A DNA stretch of 64,000 nucleotides. It comes from Candidatus Collierbacteria bacterium (GTDB lineage Bacteria; Patescibacteriota; Microgenomatia; UBA1400; JACPES01). The DNA lies in NCBI GenBank assembly GCA_016183365.1, contig JACPES010000003.1, forward strand, positions 269,051 to 333,050, written 5' to 3'. The translations under genes were made by a program, and so were the position numbers. This document shows, in pieces, positions 9,826 to 18,420 of the stretch. Within the stretch, counting starts at the first letter, position 1; each line of letters begins with the position of its first letter. The notes under the pieces were generated by a model. That model had not been told where the DNA came from. It worked only from the letters and a program-made list of their open reading frames with translations, and did not search any database.

Positions 9826-10450
9826 ATGAAACTTAATCCCTTTAAACTCGAACGTTATTTTGCCAAGTACGAATTTTCTGCCAAATATTTGTTATCCAGT
9901 TCCGATTGCGATGGATTGGGGCAGAAACAATTATTGCAATTAGCGGATGAAGAAACAAAAAATCTTTGGGATAATCTTCACTTGGGGTATACGGAATCTT
10001 TTGGCCATCCGTTGCTTAGGCAAGAAATATCTAAGTTATATCAGGAGGTTAATAAAGATGAGGTATTGGTCGTAGTCCCGGAAGAAGGAATATTTATAAC
10101 TCTGAACACTATGTGAAATTTTATCGATAATTTCTTTAAGATCAAAGGACAGAATAATTTCCGATCACCTGAATAGAATCGAGAGAAATTTAAAAGCTTT
10201 TGAAATTTTTATGAATAAACATCAAAATTTATTTGACTGGATAAGGCCAAATGTCGGGACTATTTGTTTCCCTAAGTTGAAAACTGAAATAGGGGCAGAA
10301 GAATTTTGCGATAAAGTCGTTACATCTGCCGGAATAATGGTTATTCTTTCGAGTGTTTATGACTATGGCGATAGGCATATCAGGGTAGGTTTTGGTCGGG
10401 AAAATTTTCTGGAAGTATTGAATGCTTTTGATAAATTTTTTATAGATCGC
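9826..10450 (+). pseudogene. PLP-dependent aminotransferase (class I/II) with the central catalytic core deleted
   Basis: 5' ORF encodes a typical aminotransferase N-terminus (MKLNPFKLERYFAKYEFSAKYLLSSSDC...). 3' ORF (10211..10540) encodes a typical C-terminal domain (…HIRVGFGRENFLEVLNAFDKFF). The two are only about 95 nt apart, and the roughly 200-aa middle, including the PLP-lysine region, is absent. Confidence 0.6.
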
Positions 10451-10468
10451 TCTTTTTCGTTAATGTCA

Positions 10469-10500
10469 TTAACTCTCCGCGGCCGCGTAGAGAAAAGAGC
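10469..10500 (+). promoter_or_regulatory. Conserved CCGCGGCCGCG-containing motif directly upstream of the argS ATG
   Basis: TTAACTCTCCGCGGCCGCGTAGAGAAAAGAGC. A near-identical copy lies at 44137..44170 upstream of another ATG, and related copies lie in the 44899/45897 direct repeats. Confidence 0.45.
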
Positions 10501-10511
10501 AAAAACAAAAT

Positions 10512-12254
10512 ATGAAATTTACTATCGACAAAGCCATTAAAACCGCAATTCAAAAAACGCTTAAAGATCTTGGGTTTCCGGAAACTCAAGTATCGCTCGA
10601 GCATCCGGCCGTCGAAGTCCACGGCGACTATAGCTCAAATATTGCGTTAACTCTTTTTCCGTCATTGCGATCCGCCAGTCGGCGGAGTGGCAATCTTAAA
10701 TTTTCTTCTCCCCGCCAACTGGCCGAATCAATCGTCGACGAACTTTCCTCAAATAAAGAATTGAAAAAAATCGTCTCCAAAATCGAAGTCGCCAGTCCGG
10801 GGTTTATAAATTTTATTCTCAACGAGAAATTATTGATCATTGGACTCGAAGAAATTCTGAAAGAAAAAAATGGATATGGAAGTTCCAATTCAGCAAAAGG
10901 TAAAACTATGGTCATAGATTATTCTGCTCCTAACATAGCCAAGCGTTTTACCATCGGTCATTTACGCTCGACAATTATCGGTCAGGCGATTTATAACATT
11001 TATAAATTTTTGGGCTGGAAGTGCATCGGCGATAATCATCTTGGCGATTGGGGGACGCAGTTCGGAAAAATGATTGTGGCAATCCGTAAATGGGCCGGAA
11101 AATCCGTGGATGAACTGACAATTGACGAAATGGAAAGTTTATATGTCCGATTTCATCAGGAAGCAGAAACTAATAAAGAATTGGATGAGGAGGCCCGGGT
11201 TGCATTTAAAGCTCTCGAAGACGGTAAGAAAGAAGAACGGGAACTTTGGAAAAAACTCGTTATCCGGTCGATGGAAGAATTTCAGAAAATTTACGATTTG
11301 TTAGGGGTCAAAATAGACGAGGTTTATGGAGAAAGTTATTACGAAAGTATGATGCCTCCGATTATCGATGAAGCCAAGAAAAAAGGTGTTGCCATTGAAA
11401 GTAAAGGCGCGTTAATTATTCCCTATCCGAAAGACGCTCTCCCGCCGAGTATGCTTCTTAAAAGCGATGGGGGAACAACTTATTTAACTCGGGATTTGGC
11501 GACAATCAAATTTAGGAAAGAAAAATGGAATCCTGATTTGATGATATACGAAGTCGGATCAGAACAAACTTTGCATTTCCGGCAAGTTTTCTTGGCAGTA
11601 GAACTTCTTGGTTGGGCAAAGCGCAACCAATTCTTTCATATACCGCATGGACTAATAAGGTTGAAAGAGGGGAAAATAAGTACTCGAAAAGGAAATGCCG
11701 TTAAGCTGGAGCAGGTATTGACGGAAGCGATAGACAGGGCTAAAAAATTCAATGATGATCCTGAAATTTCTAAAATGGTAGGTATTGGCGCGGTTAAATA
11801 TAACGATCTTAAACATTCTCCATCAACAGGATATGTTTTCGATTGGGCTGAAATGATAAATTTGGACGGTAACTCCGGTCCTTATCTCCAATACACCCAC
11901 GCCCGCTGCCGATCCGTATTAAACAAGGCTGGCGTTTTTCCTTCTTCCTTTTTCCCTCTTCCTTCTTCCTTAAACTTCGAGGAGCTTTCCATCCTCCGCT
12001 TTATCTACCGTTTCCCCGAAGTCGTCATGGAGGCGGCTAAACAATACGCCCCGAATTTAGTCTGTACTTTTCTTTACGAACTGGCCCAGCGGTTTAACAC
12101 TTTCTACAACAAGCACCGGATTTTAGGAGACAACGCTCAACGTTCAACGTTCAACGCTCAATTAGTTTTCCGTCTCCTCCTGACTTCCTCCGTCGCCCAA
12201 GTCCTCAAAAATGGCCTAGCTCTTCTCGGTATCCAGTCTCCGAACGCTATGTAA
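10512..12254 (+). CDS. argS: Arginine--tRNA ligase
   Basis: ArgRS N-terminal domain and the DYSAPNIAKRFTIGHLRSTIIG (HIGH-region) signature. Contains an in-frame palindromic insertion at 10661..10695 and a short CAACGTT tandem repeat near the 3' end. Confidence 0.88.
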   Translation: MKFTIDKAIKTAIQKTLKDLGFPETQVSLEHPAVEVHGDYSSNIALTLFPSLRSASRRSGNLKFSSPRQLAESIVDELSSNKELKKIVSKIEVASPGFINFILNEKLLIIGLEEILKEKNGYGSSNSAKGKTMVIDYSAPNIAKRFTIGHLRSTIIGQAIYNIYKFLGWKCIGDNHLGDWGTQFGKMIVAIRKWAGKSVDELTIDEMESLYVRFHQEAETNKELDEEARVAFKALEDGKKEERELWKKLVIRSMEEFQKIYDLLGVKIDEVYGESYYESMMPPIIDEAKKKGVAIESKGALIIPYPKDALPPSMLLKSDGGTTYLTRDLATIKFRKEKWNPDLMIYEVGSEQTLHFRQVFLAVELLGWAKRNQFFHIPHGLIRLKEGKISTRKGNAVKLEQVLTEAIDRAKKFNDDPEISKMVGIGAVKYNDLKHSPSTGYVFDWAEMINLDGNSGPYLQYTHARCRSVLNKAGVFPSSFFPLPSSLNFEELSILRFIYRFPEVVMEAAKQYAPNLVCTFLYELAQRFNTFYNKHRILGDNAQRSTFNAQLVFRLLLTSSVAQVLKNGLALLGIQSPNAM

Positions 12255-12375
12255 GATTTTCCCTACCCTTCTTATCCTTCTTATCCTTCTGATCCTTCTA
12301 ATTCTTCTCGTCTTACGCTCCTCTCCTAATATCTATATCTCTCTTAATATCCTTTAAAATCCTTATAATTATCTA

Positions 12376-12405
12376 TTGACAGGCAATGGTTTCAGTCACT
12401 ATACT
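12376..12405 (+). promoter_or_regulatory. Sigma70-like promoter (TTGACA - 18 nt - TATACT) upstream of the 12414 CDS
   Basis: TTGACA at 12376-12381 and TATACT at 12400-12405. The ATG lies 9 nt downstream, possibly giving a leaderless or short-leader transcript. Confidence 0.4.
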
Positions 12406-12413
12406 GTTTTCAA

Positions 12414-13358
12414 ATGAAACTTCGTTTTGCCACAGTTTTTCTCTTTCAATTATTATTGATGTCTGTTTTTGTTCCCAAGATTCAAGCTTGGTGGTTGGTC
12501 GATCAATTCGGCCAGTTGATTAAAATGGATTCGAGCGGCCAGGTTTTAGGTGATGAAGATAAGGCTCCAAAAAAAGAAGATAAAAATGAGATCAAGAGTG
12601 GTGTCAAGGCAGAAACTACAAATACTAATTTTTCAACCAATCCTAAAGGAAATATTGAGCTAAAGTCAGGTGAAAATAAAAGAGAATTTGAAAATAAAAG
12701 AATAAAAATAAAAATGGAGCAGAAAAATGGCGAGCTGAAAATAAAAACAAAAAGTGAATTAACCGGCGAAGAAATTGAAATTGAGACTAGAATGGAAAAT
12801 AAAGAGAGGCCGGAAAAGACAGAGCCGCGGGAATCACGGGAATCGAAAGAATCCGAAGAATCAGTAGAGGTTCAGGAGACGCAGGAACAGCCGGAAAATG
12901 AAACAGAGATAATGAGGATTAGAGAGCGGGAAGAAAAGAACGAAGTTAAGATAAATACCAGAAATGGCGATTTCGTTATTGATAGGAATAATGTCGGAGC
13001 CACTACTAATTTCCCGTTATCAGTAGATTCTTCAACTAATATTTTGACTGTGACCACTCCGTTAGGAGAAAAACAGGTAACTGTTTTGCCGGATCAGGCA
13101 GTTCAAAATATGTTATCCAGGAATGTAATTGATCAGATTTCCGGTCAAGATAGCACCAGTTCATCCAGTCGGGTAAAAATGAGCCAAAAAATCGACGGGT
13201 CATTGGTTTATGAAGTCGAGGGTGAAAAACAAGAAAAACTATTTGGCTTGATGCCGTTGAAATTCAAAAAAACCGCTATAGTCTCCGTCGAAACAGGAGA
13301 ATTAATAGAAACCAAGGAATCTTTTGTTAACAAGTTCCTCGGGCTGATTTCGTTTTAA
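12414..13358 (+). CDS. Secreted hypothetical protein with a Lys/Glu-rich low-complexity region
   Basis: Signal peptide (MKLRFATVFLFQLLLMSVFVPKIQA), a long K/E-rich charged repeat region, and a C-terminal globular part. Confidence 0.55.
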   Translation: MKLRFATVFLFQLLLMSVFVPKIQAWWLVDQFGQLIKMDSSGQVLGDEDKAPKKEDKNEIKSGVKAETTNTNFSTNPKGNIELKSGENKREFENKRIKIKMEQKNGELKIKTKSELTGEEIEIETRMENKERPEKTEPRESRESKESEESVEVQETQEQPENETEIMRIREREEKNEVKINTRNGDFVIDRNNVGATTNFPLSVDSSTNILTVTTPLGEKQVTVLPDQAVQNMLSRNVIDQISGQDSTSSSSRVKMSQKIDGSLVYEVEGEKQEKLFGLMPLKFKKTAIVSVETGELIETKESFVNKFLGLISF

Positions 13359-13681
13359 CTTTTCAGTGAACGTTTTCGAACAAATTCGAACTCATTTCAA
13401 GTCAATGGGTTAGCTAGCCCCGCCACGGCAGGGCTCGCAAGGTGAACGCGGCGCCTTTACACTGAGCAGTTCGACTGAACTCACTGTAAACCTGCCGAAC
13501 GAACACCCGCCGCGCTGGAGTTTATCCTAAGCGGTGTCGAGAGGTTCAGGACAAGCTTTTTCGGAAGCGTAGCGATCCGGAAAGTAAACTATAAATATGA
13601 GCAGGTATTTCGAATTTTTTACCGAGTGGAATTTTTGGAATACAACAGTCAGCCCCGGAATAAATTCGCCGTTTTTATTTT

Positions 13682-13757
13682 TGGTGACGCTACCCGGATT
13701 CGAACCGGGGTTACCAGGATGAGAACCTGGTGTCCTGGGCCTCTAGACGATAGCGCC
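13682..13757 (-). tRNA. tRNA-Glu (anticodon CTC), CCA encoded
   Basis: Reverse complement GGCGCTATCGTCTAGAGGCCCAGGACACCAGGTTCTCATCCTGGTAACCCCGGTTCGAATCCGGGTAGCGTCACCA. The D-arm is identical to canonical tRNA-Glu. Anticodon loop TTCTCAT. Good cloverleaf. Confidence 0.9.
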
Positions 13758-14003
13758 AATTGAACCTAATTTTATCAGCTTTTCAATCAGAGATCGACTT
13801 TTATAACCTTTAATTTGATATTCTCTTTTCCCAGCCTCGGAATAAGTTTCGTATTTTTCAGTGTGAACTATTTCTATGGGAAGCCTAGATTTAGTAAATT
13901 TACACTTTTCCAATAGATGCTCCTGATATCTATTATTTAAATCAACAGTCGAGCCTGTGTAGTACCGATTATCTTTACATTTGAGAATGTAAACGCTGGG
14001 CAT
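13743..14003 (-). CDS. Small GIY-YIG nuclease-domain protein
   Basis: Trimmed to the ATG at 14001-14003 (MPSVYILKCKDNRYYTGSTVDLNNRYQEH... KREYQIKGY), a GIY-YIG-type core. The upstream ORF extension is low-complexity and overlaps a structured noncoding region. The 3' end overlaps tRNA-Glu by 15 nt. Confidence 0.65.
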   Translation of the reverse strand: MPSVYILKCKDNRYYTGSTVDLNNRYQEHLLEKCKFTKSRLPIEIVHTEKYETYSEAGKREYQIKGYKSRSLIEKLIKLGSIGAIV

Positions 14004-14235
14004 AATTGTTAGGATGTCCCGGTTCGATGATATCGAACCGAGGATGCTCGATCCGATCCGAAGAATCGAGATCGGCAAGAACCTGCTGTCTCCCGACACA
14101 TTTGTGTCGAGGATTCTCGACCTTTGGTCGGAACTAGCCATTAGACGATGGGGTCAACGCTTTAAACTATTCAGAATTATATCAACCCCTAGGTTATAAT
14201 TCTTATTGTCCTTATAATTTTTATCGTTTATAAAC

Positions 14236-14306
14236 TGCGGGATCGGCTAACGGTAGGCCACGACACTCTGAATGTCGGTATCTAGGTTCGATTCCTAGTC
14301 CCGCAA
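14236..14306 (+). tRNA. tRNA-Gln (anticodon CTG)
   Basis: TGCGGGATCGGCTAACGGTAGGCCACGACACTCTGAATGTCGGTATCTAGGTTCGATTCCTAGTCCCGCAA. The U1-A72 pair is typical of bacterial tRNA-Gln. Anticodon loop CTCTGAA. CCA not encoded. Confidence 0.88.
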
Positions 14307-14402
14307 CAAATTTTTTCTTAAGAAAAAATTTGTCCTGAGCGAATGGCGAGCGTAGCCGAGCCAGAGTCGAAGGACCAGTTTCTAAAAAAACTGGAAAATA
14401 TT

Positions 14403-14654
14403 ATGTATTTTGTCTACATGCTTCTTTGCCAAGACGGAAGCTATTACATCGGTTCTTCAAACAATGTTGAGAAGAGGCTGAAAGATCATTTAAATGGTAA
14501 AGGCGGCAAATATACAAAGAGCCATAAACCCCTCAAATTGGTTTATCAAGAGGCGTTGGGAAATAAATCAGAGGCATTAAAACGCGAATTTCAGCTTAAA
14601 CAATGGTCCCGTGTAAGAAAAGAAATATTAGCTCAATCTGTTACGTTTCCCTAA
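14403..14654 (+). CDS. Small GIY-YIG nuclease-domain protein
   Basis: ATG at 14403 (MYFVYMLLCQDGSYYIGSSNNVEKRLKDH ... REFQLKQW). The ORF extension upstream of 14403 is encoded by a palindromic repeat element (14332..14375) and is probably not translated. Confidence 0.65.
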   Translation: MYFVYMLLCQDGSYYIGSSNNVEKRLKDHLNGKGGKYTKSHKPLKLVYQEALGNKSEALKREFQLKQWSRVRKEILAQSVTFP

Positions 14655-14657
14655 CTT

Positions 14658-15941
14658 ATGTTTCCCAAACTAAAAAAATTCTTCAAAAATTTAGGCCCGG
14701 GATTAATTACTGGGGCCGCCGATGACGATCCGTCAGGCATCGCCACTTATTCCCAAACCGGGGCCCAATTTGGTTACGGGATGCTATGGACCGCCGTGTT
14801 TATGCTGCCTTTCCAAGCCGGAGTTCAGGAGGCGTGCGCCAGAATCGGAGCAGTAACCGGAAGGGGAATCGCCGCCAACATCAAACGGCTTTATGGAAAA
14901 AAAATTCTATACGTAGTGGTATTTTTGCTATTGATTGCCAATACAATTAACATTGGGGCAGACATTGGTGCCATGGCCGCGGCTGCCGATTTAATCTTTC
15001 CGGTGGGATTTATTCCTTTGGCTTTAATATTTACGTTAACAATTTTACTTCTGGAAATTTTAACTTCCTATAAAGTTTACTCCAAGATTTTAAAATGGTC
15101 GGTTGTAACTCTTTTAGCCTATCCGCTTACCGTGTTTATGATTAATCAGCCTTGGACGACGATTCTGGCGGCCACATTTATCCCGCATATACAATTCAAT
15201 TTTCAATTTTTATTCATCATCACCGGAGTTCTGGGAACCACCATTTCGCCTTACATGTTTTTTTGGCAAGCCTCGGAAGAAGTAGAAGAAGAAAGACAGG
15301 TCCGTTTACTTAAAGTAGACGGTAAACCACGGATAGATGGCCAATTTATGCATAATCTAAGGGTAGATAATTTTGTTGGAATGTTGTCTTCAGAAATCGG
15401 GACTTGGGCGATTATTGTGGTAGCGGCCACGGTTTTAAATTCTCATGGGATAACCGACATCAAAACTGCCGCCGACGCCGCCAAGGCTTTGGAGCCATTG
15501 GTGAATACTTTCCCGAATGCCGGATATTTAGCCAAAGTCATATTTTCCGTAGGCATTATGGGTTTAGGTTTTCTGTCTATTCCGGTTTTGGCGGGTTCGG
15601 CTGCGTACGCGGTGGCGGAAACGTTCAGTTTAAAAGAAGGCCTGAATTTAAAACTTAAAACCGCTCCTGGTTTTTACGGAATTATCGCCATATCAATGTT
15701 GATAGGTTTGATGATTAATTTTATCGGGATTGATCCGATTAAAGCCTTGGTTTATACAGCGGTGATCAATGGAGTGGTGGCAGTGCCTTTGATCTTTGTC
15801 ATCGCCAAAATCGCCAATAATGGATCAATTCTAGGTCAATACAAAAGCGGCCGGCTATCCAATTTTTTGGTTTGGACGGCATTTGCCGGCCTAGGCTTAG
15901 CCTCCATCGGGATGTTGGCGATAGTCTTGAATATTGTTTAG
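14658..15941 (+). CDS. mntH: NRAMP-family divalent metal cation transporter
   Basis: GPGLITGAADDDPSGIATYSQTGAQFGYGMLW matches the Nramp consensus GPGxLxSxAYxDPG. 427 aa, polytopic. Confidence 0.75.
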   Translation: MFPKLKKFFKNLGPGLITGAADDDPSGIATYSQTGAQFGYGMLWTAVFMLPFQAGVQEACARIGAVTGRGIAANIKRLYGKKILYVVVFLLLIANTINIGADIGAMAAAADLIFPVGFIPLALIFTLTILLLEILTSYKVYSKILKWSVVTLLAYPLTVFMINQPWTTILAATFIPHIQFNFQFLFIITGVLGTTISPYMFFWQASEEVEEERQVRLLKVDGKPRIDGQFMHNLRVDNFVGMLSSEIGTWAIIVVAATVLNSHGITDIKTAADAAKALEPLVNTFPNAGYLAKVIFSVGIMGLGFLSIPVLAGSAAYAVAETFSLKEGLNLKLKTAPGFYGIIAISMLIGLMINFIGIDPIKALVYTAVINGVVAVPLIFVIAKIANNGSILGQYKSGRLSNFLVWTAFAGLGLASIGMLAIVLNIV

Positions 15942-15949
15942 AATAAACA

Positions 15950-16618
15950 TTGTTTATGTCTAAATTCTTTGTTCGTCTTTTCCCCCTATTTCTTCTAATC
16001 CTTCTTTTTCCCTCTTTAATTTTTAATGCGATTTTGTATCAAAAACTTAAGAAACCCGAGCAGGGGATTAAAGTTTTAGGAGTAATCGACGGGGATACTT
16101 TAGTTTTGGACGGAAAAGTCAGATTAAGGTTGCGTAGTGTTGACGCCCCGGAATTGGATTTCTGCGGAGGTCCGGAGGCCAAACAAGAATTATCATTACT
16201 TGTGGCCGATCGGAATGTCGTAATTAAAGAACAAATTATTGACCAAATGGATCGGCCGATGGGTTTGGTTTATGTCGATGACAAACTGGTAAATAAAGAG
16301 ATTTTGGCTTCCGGGTGGGGCCGGTTCCATAGCGATACCACGGATGAAAGGGAAAATTTGAAGTCGGCTTATAACAAAGCCAAAGAGGAGAAATTAGGGA
16401 TATGGGGCCCGAAATGCCGCCAAACTGAAAATCCGGATAATCCAAAATGTAATATTAAAGGCAATATCGATCCTCAAGGCGGGCGAAAAGTGTATTATAT
16501 TCCCGGCTGCGTTCAGTATAAAACCGCTGTGGTGGAAAAAGACCGGGGCGAACAGTGGTTCTGCGATGAGAAAGAAGCCAAAATTGCCGGTTACATTAAA
16601 TCACAGCGTTGTCCCTGA
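15950..16618 (+). CDS. Secreted thermonuclease (staphylococcal nuclease homologue) with a Cys-rich C-terminal extension
   Basis: Signal or TM N-terminus. The SNase core (VIDGDTLVLDGK…RLRSVDAPE) is present, followed by a Cys-containing tail. Confidence 0.75.
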   Translation: MFMSKFFVRLFPLFLLILLFPSLIFNAILYQKLKKPEQGIKVLGVIDGDTLVLDGKVRLRLRSVDAPELDFCGGPEAKQELSLLVADRNVVIKEQIIDQMDRPMGLVYVDDKLVNKEILASGWGRFHSDTTDERENLKSAYNKAKEEKLGIWGPKCRQTENPDNPKCNIKGNIDPQGGRKVYYIPGCVQYKTAVVEKDRGEQWFCDEKEAKIAGYIKSQRCP

Positions 16619-16634
16619 ACCGCTTTAATTTCCT

Positions 16635-17438
16635 CTAATTCTCCTTTCCTATCTTTACAAACCTCCTTTTTCCAAACTGATCCTTAATAATTTCGGCCCG
16701 GAAATTTTTCGGCAGTAATAAATCTTTGATCTTATGGGTTTCGTCAATTTCCAAAAGCAGAACTCCACTAAGTTTTAGCCTTAATTGCGATTGAGCAATT
16801 AATTTATTGATCAATTTTAATCCGTCAGGTCCGCCGTCAAGTGCAAGGAGCGGTTCAAAATCTTTGACCGATTTCGGCAATTTCGCAATTCTAGCAGAAG
16901 GAATATACGGCAGGTTGGCGATGATTAGATCAAACTTTAAATTAGAGGGAAATTGATCAAAAATATTACTTCTAATAAGATTAATTAAGTTTGGTTTCGG
17001 TACCAGGCGATCTAAGTTTCTTTGAGCGACTTCCAAAGATTTGTCCGAAATATCGGATAAAAACATTTGTATCCCCGTGCTAGATCCTTCGACTCGTCGT
17101 TGACCCCTCGCTCGGGATGACAAAGAGAGAATTTCCAGATATAAAGTAATTCCGATACACCCCGATCCGGTGCCGAGGTCGGCAACAGTTAATGGTTGAT
17201 GATTAATGGTTAATGGTTGATGAAAGATAGACTTTAAATGGGCAAGGCTTAAATTTATAAGTTGTTCGGTTTCTATCCGCGGAATTAAGACATTTTGATT
17301 AACCTCGAATTCCCGTCCGTAAAATTCTGCCCAACCCACCAGATATTCGACAGGCGCCTCACCGATCTTGATCCAATCTATTTCCTTTATACCGTGATGG
17401 TTGAGGAAGTTAATTTCTCGTGGAATTAGTTGTCTCAC
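16635..17438 (-). CDS. prmC: Release-factor glutamine N5-methyltransferase (HemK/PrmC)
   Basis: EYLVGWAEFYGREFEVNQNVLIPRIETE, DLGTGSG (SAM-binding) and NLPY (NPPY-type) motifs. Contains an in-frame 21-bp tandem duplication (HQPLTINHQPLT) and an in-frame GC-rich element insertion (17074..17121). Confidence 0.82.
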   Translation of the reverse strand: MRQLIPREINFLNHHGIKEIDWIKIGEAPVEYLVGWAEFYGREFEVNQNVLIPRIETEQLINLSLAHLKSIFHQPLTINHQPLTVADLGTGSGCIGITLYLEILSLSSRARGQRRVEGSSTGIQMFLSDISDKSLEVAQRNLDRLVPKPNLINLIRSNIFDQFPSNLKFDLIIANLPYIPSARIAKLPKSVKDFEPLLALDGGPDGLKLINKLIAQSQLRLKLSGVLLLEIDETHKIKDLLLPKNFRAEIIKDQFGKRRFVKIGKEN

Positions 17439-17476
17439 TTGAAAATGGTCTGTAAAGTATCTGATACTTTACACCC

Positions 17477-18250
17477 TTACAAAAGTAAACGCCAAAAAGC
17501 CACAGCTAAAACTACCCGGTAAACTCCAAATGCGGCCAGAGAGTGGTTTTTCATAAATTTGATCAGCCATTCAACCGCGATTTTGGCGGATATGAACGAT
17601 ACTATAAATCCGACAATCAAAAATTTAATGTCCTGGGCGGAAAAATATTGATACGACTTGATTAAATCCAAACCTGTGGCGGCCACCATTGTCGGAATAG
17701 CTAAAAGAAATGAAAATTCAACCGCGCTTGAACGGGATAAACCGACCGACATTCCGCCGATGATAGTCGCCGCCGCCCGGGAAATTCCGGGGATCATGGA
17801 AACTGTTTGTGCCAGTCCGATCATCAAACAGGGTTTAATCCCCAGTTTTTCAATGGTTAAATTTTTCTGAATTTTGGTTTTAGCCAAAATTTTCTCTAAA
17901 ATGATCAATAAAATTCCTCCGATTAAAAGTGATGCTAAAACAATCCGCGAATCACCGATTAAATATTGTTTAATAAATTTGTACAGAATAAATCCGATGA
18001 TAGCCGAAGGCAAAAAAGCCGCTAAAATTCTGGGATACAATTTTTTATTATCAATTAATTTTCTGTAATAAAGGACGGTTACGGCCATAATTGCTCCAAG
18101 CTGAATAGCAATCTCAAAACTTTTAACAAATTCAGTTTGGGAAAGATTTAATAATTTAGAAACCAAGATTAAATGGCCGGTGGAAGATATCGGCAGAAAC
18201 TCAGTTATGCCTTCAACGATGGATAGAATTAGAGTTTGAATTAAATTCAT
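17477..18250 (-). CDS. uppP: Undecaprenyl-diphosphatase
   Basis: MNLIQTLILSIVEGITEFLPISSTGHLIL (the UppP/BacA signature). Start chosen at the ATG at 18248-18250. The longer ORF up to 18388 runs through the repeat element. Confidence 0.82.
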   Translation of the reverse strand: MNLIQTLILSIVEGITEFLPISSTGHLILVSKLLNLSQTEFVKSFEIAIQLGAIMAVTVLYYRKLIDNKKLYPRILAAFLPSAIIGFILYKFIKQYLIGDSRIVLASLLIGGILLIILEKILAKTKIQKNLTIEKLGIKPCLMIGLAQTVSMIPGISRAAATIIGGMSVGLSRSSAVEFSFLLAIPTMVAATGLDLIKSYQYFSAQDIKFLIVGFIVSFISAKIAVEWLIKFMKNHSLAAFGVYRVVLAVAFWRLLL

Positions 18251-18269
18251 TAGTTTATAGGTTAATTTT

Positions 18270-18386
18270 GTCATTCCGAGCGATCCGCCAGCCAGCGGAG
18301 AGCGTGGGAATCTTTTGTCAGATTGCCACGCTGTCCCGAAGTAACCTCGTCTCGCAAAGCGAGATCCTGCTTTGCAGGACAATGAC
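18270..18386. repeat. GC-rich palindromic repeat element with GTCATTCCGAGCGA … GGACAATGAC termini (full-length member), intergenic between divergent uppP and ugd
   Basis: Several internal hairpins (TCTCGCAAAGCGAGA, CCTGCTTTGCAGG). Both termini carry outward-facing ATGs (…aATGac / gtCAT…). Confidence 0.7.
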
Positions 18387-18420
18387 AACTACAAAACTTG
18401 TTTATGTTATCATTTCATTC

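Noticed and set aside
13359-13680. Tried to read this GC-rich ORF-free stretch as RNase P RNA, tmRNA, SRP RNA or 6S RNA
   Set aside because: I could not find the universally conserved motifs in correct order on either strand. These are GGAAAGUCCGGGC…ACAGAAACCCGGCUUA for RNase P, the tRNA-like ends plus ANDENYALAA-type tag for tmRNA, and the domain IV motif for SRP. It is kept only as an unassigned candidate ncRNA in the findings.
14004-14199. ORFs 14014..14199 (+) and the N-terminal 46 codons of 13743..14141 (-)
   Set aside because: Both lie over the hairpin-rich spacer between the two tRNA/GIY-YIG units and encode low-complexity peptides. The GIY-YIG domain starts at the internal ATG at 14003.
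15404-15658. ORF 15404..15658 (+), alternative frame inside the NRAMP gene
   Set aside because: It is embedded in a confidently assigned transporter gene, is Gly/Arg/Cys-rich (the typical translation of an off-frame), and has no independent support.
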